Assembly: GCF_001194135.2 (NCBI RefSeq)
Contig: NC_068996.1
Location: forward strand, 9,800,924 to 9,864,923
Origin: Octopus bimaculoides
Taxonomy: Eukaryota
Direction of reading: 5' to 3'
Length of the DNA: 64,000 nt
The translations under genes and the position numbers were made by a program. Below are positions 40,294 to 54,178 of this stretch, one piece after another. Under the pieces are notes generated by a model. That model was not told the DNA's origin, made no database searches, and saw nothing but the letters and a program-made list of their open reading frames with translations. Position 1 is the stretch's first letter. Every line of letters starts with the position of its first letter.

Positions 40294-41011
40294 CTGGTGG
40301 AAAGGAAAGCAGAAATAAAAATTGGAAAATAGTGAAGGAATTTAGACCCTACCTTCTCTCTTACACTCCCTTACTAGTTCACTGCCTGGCTGTGGCTCTA
40401 TAATTCTCTCCACCCTCTCTTATACATTTTTTTTTGTTATTTCTTTACATTGGTAAGACTGGAGAAATATTACCTTTAACTGAGTTTATCAGGACATGGT
40501 ATCAAACAAGAGAAGCAGGATGTGTATACACACATACACACACACACACACACACACATGTAGTGTGGGTATCATTTGGTAGGATGGTAGGGCGGGCATC
40601 ATTTGAAAGCTGCAACAATGCAAGCAGACACATTGTAACCAGCGTTGTATACTAGCATTCTTTTTGCCAGTTGAGTGGACTTTGAGCAATGTGAAGCGAA
40701 GTATTTCACTCAACAACGCAACACACCACTTGGTCCAGGAAACAGAGCTACAATCTTACGATTATAGGTGCAACACCCTAACAATTAGGCTATGTTGTAT
40801 ATGCATGAATACATGTGTGTGTGGGGGGGGGGGTGCATGCGTGCATGCACGCTCATGTAAATCTAGTGAATTTCTGGTGGTTTTTATGATAATTAATCAG
40901 TTGTACAATTAACTGAACTTTCTGCTCAGTGTATTACAGTGTAAGTAGCTGAGTATTCCACAGACATGTATAACCTCTTTAACATAATCTTCAGGCAGAA
41001 TCAGTATGACA

Positions 41012-41076
<65 letters not shown>

Positions 41077-42079
41077 TGTGTGTGTGTGTGTGTGTGTGTG
41101 TAGCAATGTCAGACAGTTAAATTGCAAGCAGGATCCACCTGTCAGGCTCCTGAATAGCTTCCCCAACTAAATTCCATGCACTAATCTCAGTGTATGTTTT
41201 GGTACAGTCATTTAGGTGCTGCCTGTTTGGCATTGCCGATTTGATGTTGGCTTATTTGGCAGCAGACATCCTAATGTTTCTCTTGTTCTCAACTTCCGCC
41301 CCCGCTCTCTCTTTATATTTGTGAGCATATTTCTGTTTGTGCATATGGAAGGAGAAAGTGATAATATCTATTTTGTTCAATCAATAAATTATAATCTTTG
41401 CCTGTCTGCTTGCCTATCTGTGTATATTTCTGTGCTTTGCATAAGTGTGTGTGTGTGCATGTGTATGCGTGTATGTATGCATGCTTGCTAAAACCTATTG
41501 TCACCCAAACAGACACAGCCATGTCAAATTGCTAGTACCCAAACAACTGCACACGATCTGACCATTCCACTAATCTTGGATCAACAAGAAGCTCTCATAT
41601 GAGACCCTATACAGTAGGATCAACTGCGAAGCTTGTAATTGCAAACAGAACTGCTTAACCATTCAGCCATGTGTGTGTATGTGTGTGTGTGTATCAATTT
41701 AATACACAACTGAAAAAGCTACTAATACTTTCATTCTTTTATGATACTTGACAGGCATATTTATAAGATACGCCAGGTAACTCCAAGCAATCTTTTAGAC
41801 TCTGTTTAAGCATTATATAGATTTTTAAAAAACAAGAACACTGGATGGTTTGAAAATAAGAAAAAACCTAGAAAAAACATGAAGAAGGTTGGTGCAAAAA
41901 ATGGAATGAGAAAAAGGAAATGAAATCAAGAAATAAATTGAGATTTATTTCTTATTAGATGGATTACTCTTTTTGATAGATTCTACCACCATTAGATCTA
42001 TAAACTACACACACACACACACATATATATATATAGCGAATGAAAGACGGAAGATGGAATATATGAGAATTTATTATTA

Positions 42080-42185
42080 ATCACGACAATTGTTTCGACA
42101 CATCTAGCATCGATTTCTCTTGGGAAGGACACTCAACAACTGGTTCAGGAGCATCCGGTGGTGCAGATGTACCTTGTCAGGTGAT
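42080..42185 (-). ncRNA. type I minimal hammerhead-ribozyme-like motif (Penelope pLTR type), G8A lesion
   Basis: AUCAC-CUGACAA-GGUACAUCU..AGAUGUGUC-GAAAC-AAUU-GUC^GUGAU. Confidence 0.65.
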
Positions 42186-43301
42186 AAATAAATAAAAAAA
42201 CAACTCGTTAAAATGACTGTTCCACAATGTAACTTTCCATTTTGTAGAGAGAAAAATAGCCAGACAGAGGAAAAATCTTCATATATACGTAGAAGATCAG
42301 AAGTACATACATACATACTANNNNNNNNNNNNNNNNNNNNNNNNNNNNNNNNNNNNNNNNNNNNNNNNNNNNNNNNNNNNNNNNNNNNNNNNNNNNNNNN
42401 NNNNNNNNNNNNNNNNNNNNNNNNNNNNNNNNNNNNNNNNNNNNNNNNNNNNNNNNNNNNNNNNATATATATATATATATATATACACATACATACCCAC
42501 ACACACATTTTAAATAATTGATTGGGATGACAGAATGTACTATAAGCTTTATTTAGCATGGCTATTGCTTACTGGTGGTTGGGGAACAATATAATGGAAT
42601 TGAATGCACTGTACAGAGCAGAGGAAACCTCCTTAAGTTACATAATACGGTACAGTGTTATAATATGTACATTTCGCTACTGTGTGTGGCAGGATGACAT
42701 TGGTATAATGCGTACATTTATAATAGTTCACAAATCCATTAATGAGGCAGGATGTATGGTATGTATTCAAGGAGTGATAGATAAAGAATGCAAAGAATCA
42801 AATACAAAGAATATAATAATTCTGACTTTCCCATTTATTCTTTGTATTTCTTAATATTATAAAAAGAATATAAACAGAAAGAGGGGGAAAGGACAGAGAG
42901 AGCTAAAGAGAAATATATATTAATATTTTGTTAAGTAGATGGACAAAATATGGAACAATTACCAGTAATATTATTTTACATTGAATGAAAAAAAAACTTA
43001 TGCACATGATCATAATTTAATGTCTGTTTTCTCTTCTGGCATGGGTTGGATGGTTTGCGAGGGTCAGATGAGCTGTAGAGTTCCATCAGGCCACAATGTT
43101 AGCCTTGGCAGTATTTCTATAGCTGGATGTCCTCCTAACAGCAACCACTGTACAGAGCTATATTGGGTCGTTCTTTATGTTACTTGTCCTGTTTTCCATT
43201 TGTTTCACTCATTGTTTGCATATTGAACTCATTTACTTTCGTATTTCATGTTGTTTACTGTTTAGTGACGTCCTGTACCCTTATATGCATGTGTGTGTGT
43301 A

Positions 43302-43351
<50 letters not shown>

Positions 43352-43959
43352 NNNNNNNNNNNNNNNNNNNNNNNNNNNNNNNNNNNNNNNNNNNNNNNNN
43401 NNNNNNNNNNNNNNNNNNNNNNNNNNNNNNNNNNNNNNNNNNNNNNNNNNNNNNNNNNNNNNNNNNNNNNNNNNNNNNNNNNNNNNNNNNNNNNNNNNNN
43501 NNNNNNNNNNNNNNNNNNNNNNNNNNNNNNNNNNNNNNNNNNNNNNNNNNNNNNNNNNNNNNNNNNNNNNNNNNNNNNNNNNNNNNNNNNNNNNNNNNNN
43601 NNNNNNNNNNNNNNNNNNNNNNNNNNNNNNNNNNNNNNNNNNNNNNNNNNNNNNNNNNNNNNNNNNNNNNNNNNNNNNNNNNNNNNNNNNNNNNNNNNNN
43701 NNNNNNNNNNNNNNNNNNNNNNNNNNNNNNNNNNNNNNNNNNNNNNNNNNNNNNNNNNNNNNNNNNNNNNNNNNNNNNNNNNNNNNNNNNNNNNNNNNNN
43801 NNNNNNNNNNNNNNNNNNNNNNNNNNNNNNNNNNNNNNNNNNNNNNNNNNNNNNNNNNNNNNNNNNNNNNNNNNNNNNNNNNNNNNNNNNNNNNNNNNNN
43901 NNNNNNNNNNNNNNNNNNNNNNNNNNNNNNNNNNNNNNNNNNNNNNNNNNNNNNNNNNN

Positions 43960-44002
<43 letters not shown>

Positions 44003-44498
44003 CTCTGTTATATACATTCTCATGTTATACTGATCTGTACATCTTGAATTGTATTTAATGGTTGTTTACCAACTCTACTTGAACACACCAACATTTTTGT
44101 CTTCCTTCAATCATTTTTCCTATTGTCATTCCCCAAAATTCTCCTTAATTGCACTAAACATTTCATCAAATAATTCCTACATACCCACTATAACCATCTT
44201 CAGGATAACTTGAACACTATTAGCCTTTTTATTGCAGAAATCAGATATACCTTACTAACATTTCATTATTGTTAACTGTAGAAAGCAGCCTTATATAGCA
44301 ATCAATCTTTTGTTGAGAAATGTCATGTTTTTTTAATATTTTGTAAGATTTTTGTCAAGTTTATTGAGGCAACATGACTTGCAGAAATCAACAATTTTAT
44401 TGTTTGGTATATATTCAATACCATTAATGAAATAACAATGAAATTTAATTTTGTAGTTGATGGGTTAATGAAAAAAATCACATTCCCATATCACATAC

Positions 44499-44554
44499 CT
44501 TGTTGTAGCCAATTTCTTCATTTAAGATCTTTGTCCGTGATCCACCAAAAAACC
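44499..44554 (-). CDS. VPS9-domain protein exon 5: (G)FFGGSRTKILNEEIGYNK
   Basis: gtcag acceptor, gtatgt donor, phase 1 to 0; matches the ANKRD27-like IL.EE..YN motif. Confidence 0.85.
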
Positions 44555-44868
44555 CTGACAACCAGAGAAAAGAGAACAATAGCTGATAGGAGTGAAGGTA
44601 GGTGGGTGAGAGGGTGATAGAATAAGTTTGGTTGCAATGCAGACTTTTAAAGAAAAGAAGAATAACAGTTAAATGGGATTTGAGACAGAAATAAAATGGA
44701 AATTAATGAAGACAAAATCAGTTACATAGAAAAAGAGAGAAATTAGAAAAAGAAAGAAATTAGAAAAAGTGAGAAATGTCAAAAAATATTCATAAATTTT
44801 TTTGTTCCATGCTCAGAATTAAATCATGCATGACATATTAATAATTAATTACTGCCTAGTTTGCTTAC

Positions 44869-44936
44869 CTTCCAAATAAAGCTCATTTTTCTCAAGATAA
44901 ACAATCTTTCCTTTTGAACATGAAGTGTAATATTGA
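44869..44936 (-). CDS. VPS9-domain protein exon 4: QYYTSCSKGKIVYLEKNELYLE
   Basis: ctcttttacag acceptor, gtaagc donor, phase 2 to 1. Confidence 0.8.
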
Positions 44937-46288
44937 CTGTAAAAGAGAGAAAGTGACAGCAGTGTTAGAATTATTGGCATCAAAGAAGTTGGAATGAGGA
45001 TTGGTTAAAGTAGGAAACTAACTAATTATGGTTACAATTAGACCTTTGATAACAAATGATGGAGTTTGCTATCACCCTCAATACTCTTACTGCAGCCTCT
45101 GCCCCTAAGCCTCTCCCATATCTCTCTCCATCTTCTGCTAAAGTCGCCTCAATCCTGCCCACCCACCCAGTCCAAACCTCTGTATCATTTCACTTATTTT
45201 CCTCACCCCAATATCTCTCAGGGGCATGTTCCAACACATCTTTGCCATCATCTCTTTTACTATCACTCTCCTTTCCTTTCCAACTGGGGTACCCATGTAC
45301 CTACAGTATAACACCAATTTCTGTCCCTCTATACCTTTATTCTCTCAACTGGCACAACTCTACCCCAATAATACTCCCCACTCCCAGTTGAGGGGTTTTT
45401 GCTTTTTTTGTTTTGCTAGGTGCTTGGTGACTCTCTCAGTGATGGTGCTACATTAAAAACACCAGTTCACTTTGTAAAGTGTTTGGTATTAGGAAGGGCA
45501 TCCAGCTGTAGAAACCACATCAAAACAGGCCATGGAGCCTGGTATGGCTCCCAGCCTTGCTAGCTCCTGTCATCTAAACTATGCCAGCATGGAAATTGGA
45601 TGTTAAATGATATTGATGAGTACAGTGCCAAATTTAATCATATTACAGCATTCGTTTTCCTTACTACGATGGAATTAATTTTGCCAATCATCTTACAAAG
45701 TTCAATATAGCAGCAACAATGACATCAACAACAACAGATGTTTCAAGGCTATTTTCAGCTGTTAGCTTTGCAGGCTCCATAACAATCTTCTCAGTTTTGT
45801 CCCTATCTCCTATATCAGTTGATCATTTGATACAAGAAGAAATTTCAAAAAATGTTTTCCTGTTTTATTAAATATTGTAGTCATATTTTTGCATTATATA
45901 TGTATAATATATATAACTAAATTGTATATTCCACACTTTATTGTATTTTGTTATGCACGCAATCCCCCAGTCTGTGGAAGAATTGTCTTGCAGGAAAAGT
46001 TTGGGGACCTCTGCCCCATATTACTCTTTACCAAAGCTCTCACCCTCATTTACTCCATCATCATCATATTTATCATGTCTTTCTCTCTTAGCTTTCCTCT
46101 TCTTCCTTCCACATTCATTCTGTCACTCCTTTTACTCACTTTACTCTTTCCTCAATTTGTGACTCAACCATCAAATGCAATGATCGTAAAAGGTGTCTAA
46201 AACAGCTGGTGTCAAGAAGGTAAGGGACCAGCAAAAATGACCCCATGATGATTTTATGATGATTTGTGTGTGTGTGTGTGTGTGTGTA

Positions 46289-46322
<34 letters not shown>

Positions 46323-46978
46323 TGTGTATGCATGTGTGTGTGTATGTGTGTGCACATGCATGTTTGTGTGAGTATGTGTATATGTGCATGTGTCTGTGTT
46401 CATGTTTCACCCACACTACTGCTTGACAACCAGTACTGGTTTGTTTATATCCACACAACTTAGCAGTTTGGCAAAAATTGACTGATAGAATATGTACTAA
46501 GCTTGAAGAAAAAAAAAGGCACTGGTGATTGATTTGTTCAACTAAACCCTTCAAGGTGGTGCTCCAGCATGGTCGCAATCTAATGACAAAAACAAATAAA
46601 CAATAAAAGATACCAGTGCATGTGTTTTAACATGTACAATGTTTTTACTAAAACGCAATTATATTTAGACTGACCCTGGAAGGAGGAAAGGCAAAGTCGA
46701 CCTTAAGCAGAAATTGAACTCGGAACATGAAGACCAACGAATAATAATAATAATAATAGTAATAATCCTCTTGACTAAAGGTACAAGGCTGCAAATTTGG
46801 GGGAGGGAGACAGTTGATTACATCGACCCCAGTACTTAACTGGTATTTATTTTATTGACCCTGAAAGTATGAAAGGCAAAGTTGACCTCAGTAGAATTTG
46901 AACTCAGAACATGAAGATGGATGAAATACTGCTAAGCATTTTGTCCAGTGTGCTAACAATTCTGCCAGCTTGACACCT

Positions 46979-47035
46979 TAACAACAACAACAAGAGCAAT
47001 AGCAGCAGCAGCAGCAATGGCAACAACAACAACAA

Positions 47036-47080
<45 letters not shown>

Positions 47081-47089
47081 CAACAACAA
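46979..47089. repeat. compound (AAC)n/(AGC)n microsatellite
   Basis: directly visible. Confidence 0.95.
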
Positions 47090-47775
47090 GTAACTGCAGA
47101 ATATGTGGCGATGGACAAGAAACAATAAATCATATTATCTCTGGCTGCCCAGTCCTGGCTAAGAAGGAATATATTCACAGACACAACAGAGCAGGGACCT
47201 ATATACACTGGAAGCTATGCCAACACTATGAAATAACAACAGAAAAAAGATGGTATAAACACACGCCAGAAAAGGTCACAGAAAACGAGAAAGCAACCAT
47301 ACTCTGGGATATGCCAATATACACAGATAGAGAAATTAAGGCAAATAGACCAGATATAGTNNNNNNNNNNNNNNNNNNNNNNNNNNNNNNNNNNAAATGG
47401 AGAAACTTTCAAAATACAAAGACCTGGAAATAGAGGTAACTCGAATGTGGAATCTAAAAACAGAAACAATTCCTATCATAGTAGGTGCCTTAGGTATAAT
47501 AAAAAAATATTCAGACAAATACATAACAAAAACACCAGGACTTACAAATATATATAACATACAGAAAATTGCACTACTGGGCACTGCACACATCCTACGC
47601 AAAACACTTTCAATACAGTAACCATAAGAGCATCACAGCAAACCACAGCACATACCCAAGGCGCACAGAGATGCGCTCGGTAGTGAAGTGAAAGCACATT
47701 ATAAAAATAAAACTACTGAATAATAATAATAATAATAATAATGATGATGATAGCAATAATAGTAATAATAGTAAT
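47090..47775 (+). mobile_element. 5'-truncated R4/Dong-like non-LTR retrotransposon (CCHC + restriction-like endonuclease) with (TAA)n tail
   Basis: CRICGDGQETINHIISGC, NRPDI, KLSKYKDL..IPIIVGALG; stop at 47621; TAA tail. Confidence 0.85.
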
Positions 47776-47785
47776 TGTAACAAAC

Positions 47786-47822
47786 CCTTTAAAAAATGGT
47801 GAAGGTTTCAACAGATGTGACT
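47786..47822 (-). CDS. VPS9-domain protein exon 3 (37 nt): (K)SHLLKPSPFFK(G)
   Basis: ttttatttcag acceptor, gtttgt donor, phase 1 to 2 fits both neighbours. Confidence 0.75.
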
Positions 47823-49114
47823 CTGAAATAAAAAGAAAATATATGTATATAATTAAATCACACAATATAGCTTCAGTTGATAACATTGGGTTAAAAAGAA
47901 AATGACAAAGCTGATATTCTTTATATTAAGTTTAATGAACATAACAAAAAGAAAAATAATTAATGTTTTAATAAAAATTAAATGAGAATGAATAACCATT
48001 ATTTTCAAATTGCATATGACCATCTTGTGTGTGGATAGCAAAACAGAAAATATTCATTACTCAAGGACACCTACTGCATGAAAATTTAATAGTAAAGTGG
48101 GCACTAAAAGAATAATTCTGGTTCAGAATTTGTCATTTAGATAATGAGTGTTCTCCCTATTAGGGGTTTAATTTTACTAGATTAAAATTTCTTGGTGAGA
48201 CTACATACAATATGCTGATACATACTTTTGTAACATATAAGAAGAAAATTTTACTTCACAAGTAAAATATTATATATTTTGAATCAAAATGATCAAGAGT
48301 ATTTGTTTTAAGCAAGCACTTAAACATTATTTTACAAACATCATCATCATCATTCTTTAATGTCCGTTTTCTATGCTGGCATGGGTTAGATGGTTTGACC
48401 AGAACTGGCAAGCCAGCATGCCATATCAGGTTCTAGTCTGATTGGCTTGGTTTCTATAGCTGGACGTTCTTCCCAACACAAACTACTTCACAGTTTGTGC
48501 TGGGTGCTTTTAACATGGCACCAGCATGAGCACTTCTACACAGCACTGGCATGAGTGCTTTTTACACGGTACCAGCACAGGAGTCTTTCAGGCCAATCCT
48601 CTTCATTGGAAGATGTAACCTTAACACTTCTCCTGTGGATGACAGGTCTTCTTGGGAAAAAGCAATGTGCCAGGCATCTCGGTCCTTTGTCATCTTGTCA
48701 AAATATTTAATTTTGTTTTCTTATGAGGTTTTAATAAATAACATGGGGAAAACATTAAATTTATTTAAGGAAAATAATAAATTACAAAACTACATAAAGA
48801 AAATGATTGTAGTGTGAAAGATACACATTAGCCACTCAAAAGCACACAAAAACGGTTAACTTCACTTAAACATTTATCATGTTCAATGAAAATTTTGATG
48901 CCAAATAGTAAACAGTCTTTTGTGTGTCTCAAATAGCTAACATATATCTTCTACACTGTAATTATTTTAGTTTCAACATGTGGTCTCAAGATAAAATCAC
49001 TTGCCTGGCAAGTGCATCACTGAAATATATGAACAGAATATTTCTCTTTTGAGTTTTGAAGAACGAATTAGAAATATCAACATTTAAACATCAAATATGA
49101 AACAAAGAACTCAC

Positions 49115-49220
49115 TTATAAACTTTGAATTAATGTTAACACCAGTAAGTGAAGATGACTGTGGAATACAAATCACATAACATTTCTCCTGAGCTTCTTCA
49201 AACTGAGACAAAAAGTTAGT
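49115..49220 (-). CDS. VPS9-domain protein exon 2: TNFLSQFEEAQEKCYVICIPQSSSLTGVNINSKFI
   Basis: pyrimidine tract + cag acceptor, gtgagt donor, phase 0 to 1, open frame. Confidence 0.85.
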
Positions 49221-49639
49221 CTGAAAAAGAGGAAGACGATTTGTCCAGACAAAGTAACATTTAATAACAAATAAAAGAGAAAAATTAATTAAACATGATT
49301 TAATTTAATTTAATATAAATAAATGTACATCCATCTGTCCACCTACCCCACCTCATCCATCCATACTTAAACATAATTTAATTTAATATAAATATATGCA
49401 TGTATGCATGCACACATACATCCATCTGTCCACCTACACCCCCTCATCCATCCAACTCTATCCATTATTCCTGAAAGGATTCTGGGAGTTAAATCCTCAT
49501 ACAGCTCCTCTTCCATCTCATCCCATCCTGTGTCATTTCAATCACATGTCCATAGTACCAAAGCCATGACTTCTCAATGCAGAGAAGTAGTGGCTCGACC
49601 TAGAGAGACCCCCTAATTTCCAAACTGCACACCCTTTCA

Positions 49640-49780
49640 AATAACATAACTCCAGAAATCCTTCAGAAGAACCCTATTTCAACTGCTTGTATTCGTGATT
49701 GTACTCTTTTGGTCGCTACCCAACATTCATGACCATAGGTGAGGACAGGCACAAAAACCAAATTGAAGAGCTTTAAAAAT
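49640..49780 (-). mobile_element. RTE-clade LINE fragment
   Basis: PVLTYGHECW..SRIQAVEIGF. Confidence 0.7.
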
Positions 49781-50527
49781 GAAATTGTCAGCAAGGCAGT
49801 GAACCACCAAACTGTTCTATTCATAGTCAAAGGGCAAAAAAGGAAGTAGTTTCTGCTATGTGATACTCTATCTCTAGTGAATAAAGCCATGCATGGGAAA
49901 CTACTATTCCAGTGATATAAATATAAGAAGACCACAAATTGGATGATTGAGGGACATGAAGAAAAGAACAAAAAGATAGTAGGAAACAGGATTTGCCAGA
50001 TGATCCCGCAAAATGGAAGGGAGGCGGGGAGGCTATGTCACTTGTATCTACAACTTCCCAACGGCGATGGATTTTGATTTTTTTTTTTACTGAAGAATGT
50101 AACTATGATCATATATAAGATTATTTTGCTGTTCAGTTCATATGGTTCTCTAGGGGTTCTGTAACTCTATTATTTTAGAATAATACTAGCAATAATATAT
50201 ATTCTTATATGTGACTAATTAATTAGCAATAACTTTATTAGTATGTCACATAATTGTTGTTCCATTTTAATGATAAAATCTATACAAGATGATTTAGTTT
50301 AGTTATTGATATATATATATATANNNNNNNNNNNNNNNNNNNNNNNNNNNNNNNNNNNNNNNNNNNNNNNNNNNNNNNNNNNNNNNNNNNNNNNNNNNNN
50401 NNNNNNNNNNNNNNNNNNNNNNNNNNNNNNNNNNNNNNNNNNNNNNNNNNNNNNNNNNNNNNNNNNNNNNNNNNNNNNNNNNNNNNNNNNNNNNNNNNNN
50501 NNNNNNNNNNNNNNNNNNNNNNNNNNN

Positions 50528-50822
50528 ATCATCATCATCATCATCGTCGTTTAACGTCCGCTTTCCATGCTAGCATGGGTTGGACGATTTGACTGAGGAC
50601 TGGTGAAACCGGATGGCAACACCAGGCTCCAATCTGATTTGGCAGAGTTTCTACGGCTGGATGTCCTTCCTAACGCCAACCACTCAGAGAGTGTAGTGGG
50701 TGCTTTTACGTGTCACCCGCACAAAGGCCAGTCAGGCGGTACTGGCAACGGCCATGCTCAGAATGGTGTCTTTTATGTGCCACCCGCACAAGAGCCAGTC
50801 CAGGGGCACTGGCAACGATCTA
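50528..50822 (-). mobile_element. repeat family E
   Basis: sequence identity to 28245. Confidence 0.8.
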
Positions 50823-51227
50823 ACTAAGTTGAAACACCTCTCCTTCAGTTGTAGCATGACTATGTTCTTTACATAGATTGTAACCCTAAAATTATTTTAC
50901 AACAGATTGGTTATACGTTTTTTCAAGAGGGAGAAAGATGTTATAAAGTATAATGTCCCAAATTTTATATATTTCTAACAGTGCTAAACACCCAGTCTAC
51001 AAGCAGAAAGCAATCTATTTTGTTATTTTATTTTTTGTTCAATACAGTTTCTGTCAGGAGAAAGTGAACACGATTATGACATTTACAGGTCCAGCAAGAG
51101 AATTGGTTCGACTGATTTGGTTGTTGTTCAACTTCAATAGCTACAAGTCAATCCTTGTGAGAAAAATATGGCTGGGGAGAGTTTTCCAGGGAATTGATAT
51201 CCTAGAGATGGCAGACCAGGTTTAGTA

Positions 51228-51443
51228 CAGTAATCCCTTGCTATATCACAATTCATCTATTGCGGTTTATTATTGAAGCTTACATCGATTCCTCTATGGT
51301 GTTGTTTTGCATTTATGAAAAAATAAATATATACAAATTATAAAAAAAAAAGAAAAAAATATACAGTATTGTTTCTACTTCATGAATTTTCACTATTGTG
51401 GGGTTTTTGGAACATAACATACACGATAGTCAAGGGATTACTG
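51228..51443. mobile_element. pogo/Tigger-like MITE
   Basis: TIR CAGTAATCCCTTG / CAAGGGATTACTG with TA target duplication. Confidence 0.75.
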
Positions 51444-53158
51444 TAGTTAGTATGGGGCCTAGTGTCTATTGTGACAAGGAAAAGAGAAATGGTTGTGACA
51501 TGTTGTGGTATTGGTGATATGTAACTAGCTAGGTCTCAAGAGTAGAGATTGTAATAGTAGCAACAGAAGAGGCAGAATGAAGATACAGCATATAAACAAA
51601 CTAGAGACTGGCATATATTAGTCATAGAGTTGTTACCAACCAGGCAGATATCTTTTTCCTTTTGTTTTAGAATATTTTTGTGTGTAGGAGCAGCACTGTT
51701 CTGGACGTGTTGAACAGCATTTCAATATCAGTACCACTTGAGTTATGTACTGTATTTTTTTTTTTAATATCCTGTCGGCATTCACCCAGCATGAATTGAA
51801 CCGGTTCCAATAATTGTATTCAGAGCATTGTGAACAGAAAGCCAGCCATGCACAGCAATCACAGACGTCTCATGTAGAGATAGTCAACCAATTACAATTC
51901 CAGCAATGGACATTGAATGTGTGAAAACCGGATATCAATCCTGTAAATCTGTTTTCAGCTGCCCCCCTCACTGTTTACACCATCCTGGGAGTACATGAGT
52001 CTATGTTCTCATGAGTTTTATAAAACATCAACAGTTACTCAGAGCTGAAATATCTTGTGGCATTAAGAAGAGTGGTTTCCATTTTGGTATTTTGCTACAT
52101 AAAAAAGCGTTCAATATATTCTGTAAAGTGGTTGGCACTAGGATGGGCATCTAGCTGTAGAAACCTTGCCAAAACAAATAATGGAACTGAAGCTGCCATG
52201 ACTCTGCCAAACTAAAGGTGATAAATAGCAAATATCAGATTCCATTCTTGTGCCAGAATAGTGAAGGTCTACCAAAACGGTCTCTGCCCCACCAAGCTAT
52301 AAATTATGTATCATTATCAGCCAAAACTACTTGGTCCACCTGTCTTCTTTCCGGGTGTAATCACTTTTATAACTTCATTTCTAGATCTTGTACTAAATAC
52401 TTTACCCATCTATTATTTCCCATCATTAAATTCTTATGTGGGCAAACCCTGAAACAGAACAGTATCTCGTTTAAAGGTGAGCTCAGTGAGAGCTAGGGAT
52501 TATCTGCAACACCTCTTGCTTATTAAGGGGACAATACTTGAGGATAGACAACATATACAAGAACATGTCATAAAAGGTTTATCTTTCTTTTAAAAAATTA
52601 TTTTCAAAGTTTAGCAGTTTGAAACAAAATGTGAACCAACAAAGGAGTAACTACATGGTTACTCAACTTTCATCTTGCTGGAAACACCAGCCTAATGTCT
52701 TCAAATTTGAACTTAAAAAAGGAAGGACATATTAGTAAATGCAGTTACAAATATATAAAAAGACTGGACTGTTAAGGCTGGAATTCTTTGATAATATGTC
52801 TGCTTGGTCAGAACTGGGCAAAGGCTAAACAACAACCACAAAGAAAACAACAAAACTAAATACTAACTTGCAATTGTTCTGGTTGGTCATCAATCTCATT
52901 AATCTTTTAGTCTGGGAGGACTTGACCCACCTCCTCCAAATGACTTAATATAAAAACATTTAAAAACATGCACGCATACATGCACACACACACACACACA
53001 CAGCCAGAAAATAAAAAGGAGATCCAATTTGTTAATAAGCAAGCAAAATAAATTCCAGTTCCCAACTGAATTTACATTACAGTTCTATATTTAAGAGATG
53101 AGGGATTATGTACATTATTTACATTTGACAGATATTTGTCCTCATCTTGTTTGTTGTT

Positions 53159-53204
53159 AACACAACGTTTCAGCTGATATACCCTCCAGCCTTCTTCCGG
53201 TGTC
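53159..53204 (-). ncRNA. type I minimal hammerhead-like motif in the left arm of a 192-bp palindrome
   Basis: GACAC-CGGAAGA-A-GGCUG(N10)CAGCU-GAAAC-GUU^GUGUU. Confidence 0.55.
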
Positions 53205-53789
53205 TTGAAGGCTGGAGAGTATATCAGCCGAAACGTTGTGTTAACAACAAACGAGATGAGGACAAATATTCATCAAATGTAAATAATGTACATAATGAAT
53301 TTACATTACTTTCTCATGTTCTAATTCATCATCATCATCATCATTTCACATACTGGCATAAGCGGGACAAATCACCAAGCTCCAAGTTACAGCTCACCTT
53401 GATGGGCTGGACGACCACATCTCATTTGTACATTTTATTTTTGGTGTGTTTTCTATGGCTCAATGCACTTCTAAAACTAATCACTTTTACAGAGTATACT
53501 TGGTATATTTTATCCTGGCACCAGCACTAGATTAGCTGTCATGTCCTCAACAAGAGTTTTCTCTATACTGTTTCCGCTGCACCGAATGTACTCAGTACAT
53601 TTTATCCTAACACCAGCATATAGAGGTTTTCATATCCTCAGTAAGATTAAGAGGCCTCTCTACTTCATACCTGTTTGTTGTCCAACCACTTTATTTATAA
53701 TGGAAATTTAAATACACCAAAAGTGCTAAAAGTGACTCACAAAAGTCAAAAGTTAGTTCTAGATTCTAGATAAATTTTTCTTCTACAAG

Positions 53790-54178
53790 CAGGGTCGGAT
53801 TTATACATAGGCTAATGTAGGCCATGGTCCAGGAGCCCTGAGCTTGGGGAAGGGGTGTTGTGTTCTAACTCAAGAAAAGCCTAAATCTTGGAGTTAAAAT
53901 TTTTTTCAATATATTTGCAGCAATCAATGAAATAGTTTGTAATTTGTTTGCTTTTTTTAAAATCCAATAGTTCTTTTAACATTATTGAGCCCTTTTTCAT
54001 TCATTGGGCCGTTTTAGATTCAAAAGGCCATTAAATTTAACTGAGTTCCTCTGAATCTATTGACATCCCTAGATTTAATGGGACCCTTTGTATTAACTTG
54101 TGTTTTAAATTAGCAAAACTGCAAGGGCCTCCAAAATCAACTGGTCCAGGTGCCCCACTAGGTCTAAATCCAGTCGTA
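53790..54178. mobile_element. possible hAT-like MITE
   Basis: decayed CAGGGTCGGATTTA / TAAATCCAGTC ends. Confidence 0.3.

Noticed and set aside
52220-52448. Minus-strand exon-like segment (VCPHKNLMMGNNRWVKYLVQDLEMKL*)
   Set aside because: Phase does not fit exon 1 (phase 0 gives GLPT*); no supporting partner exons found.
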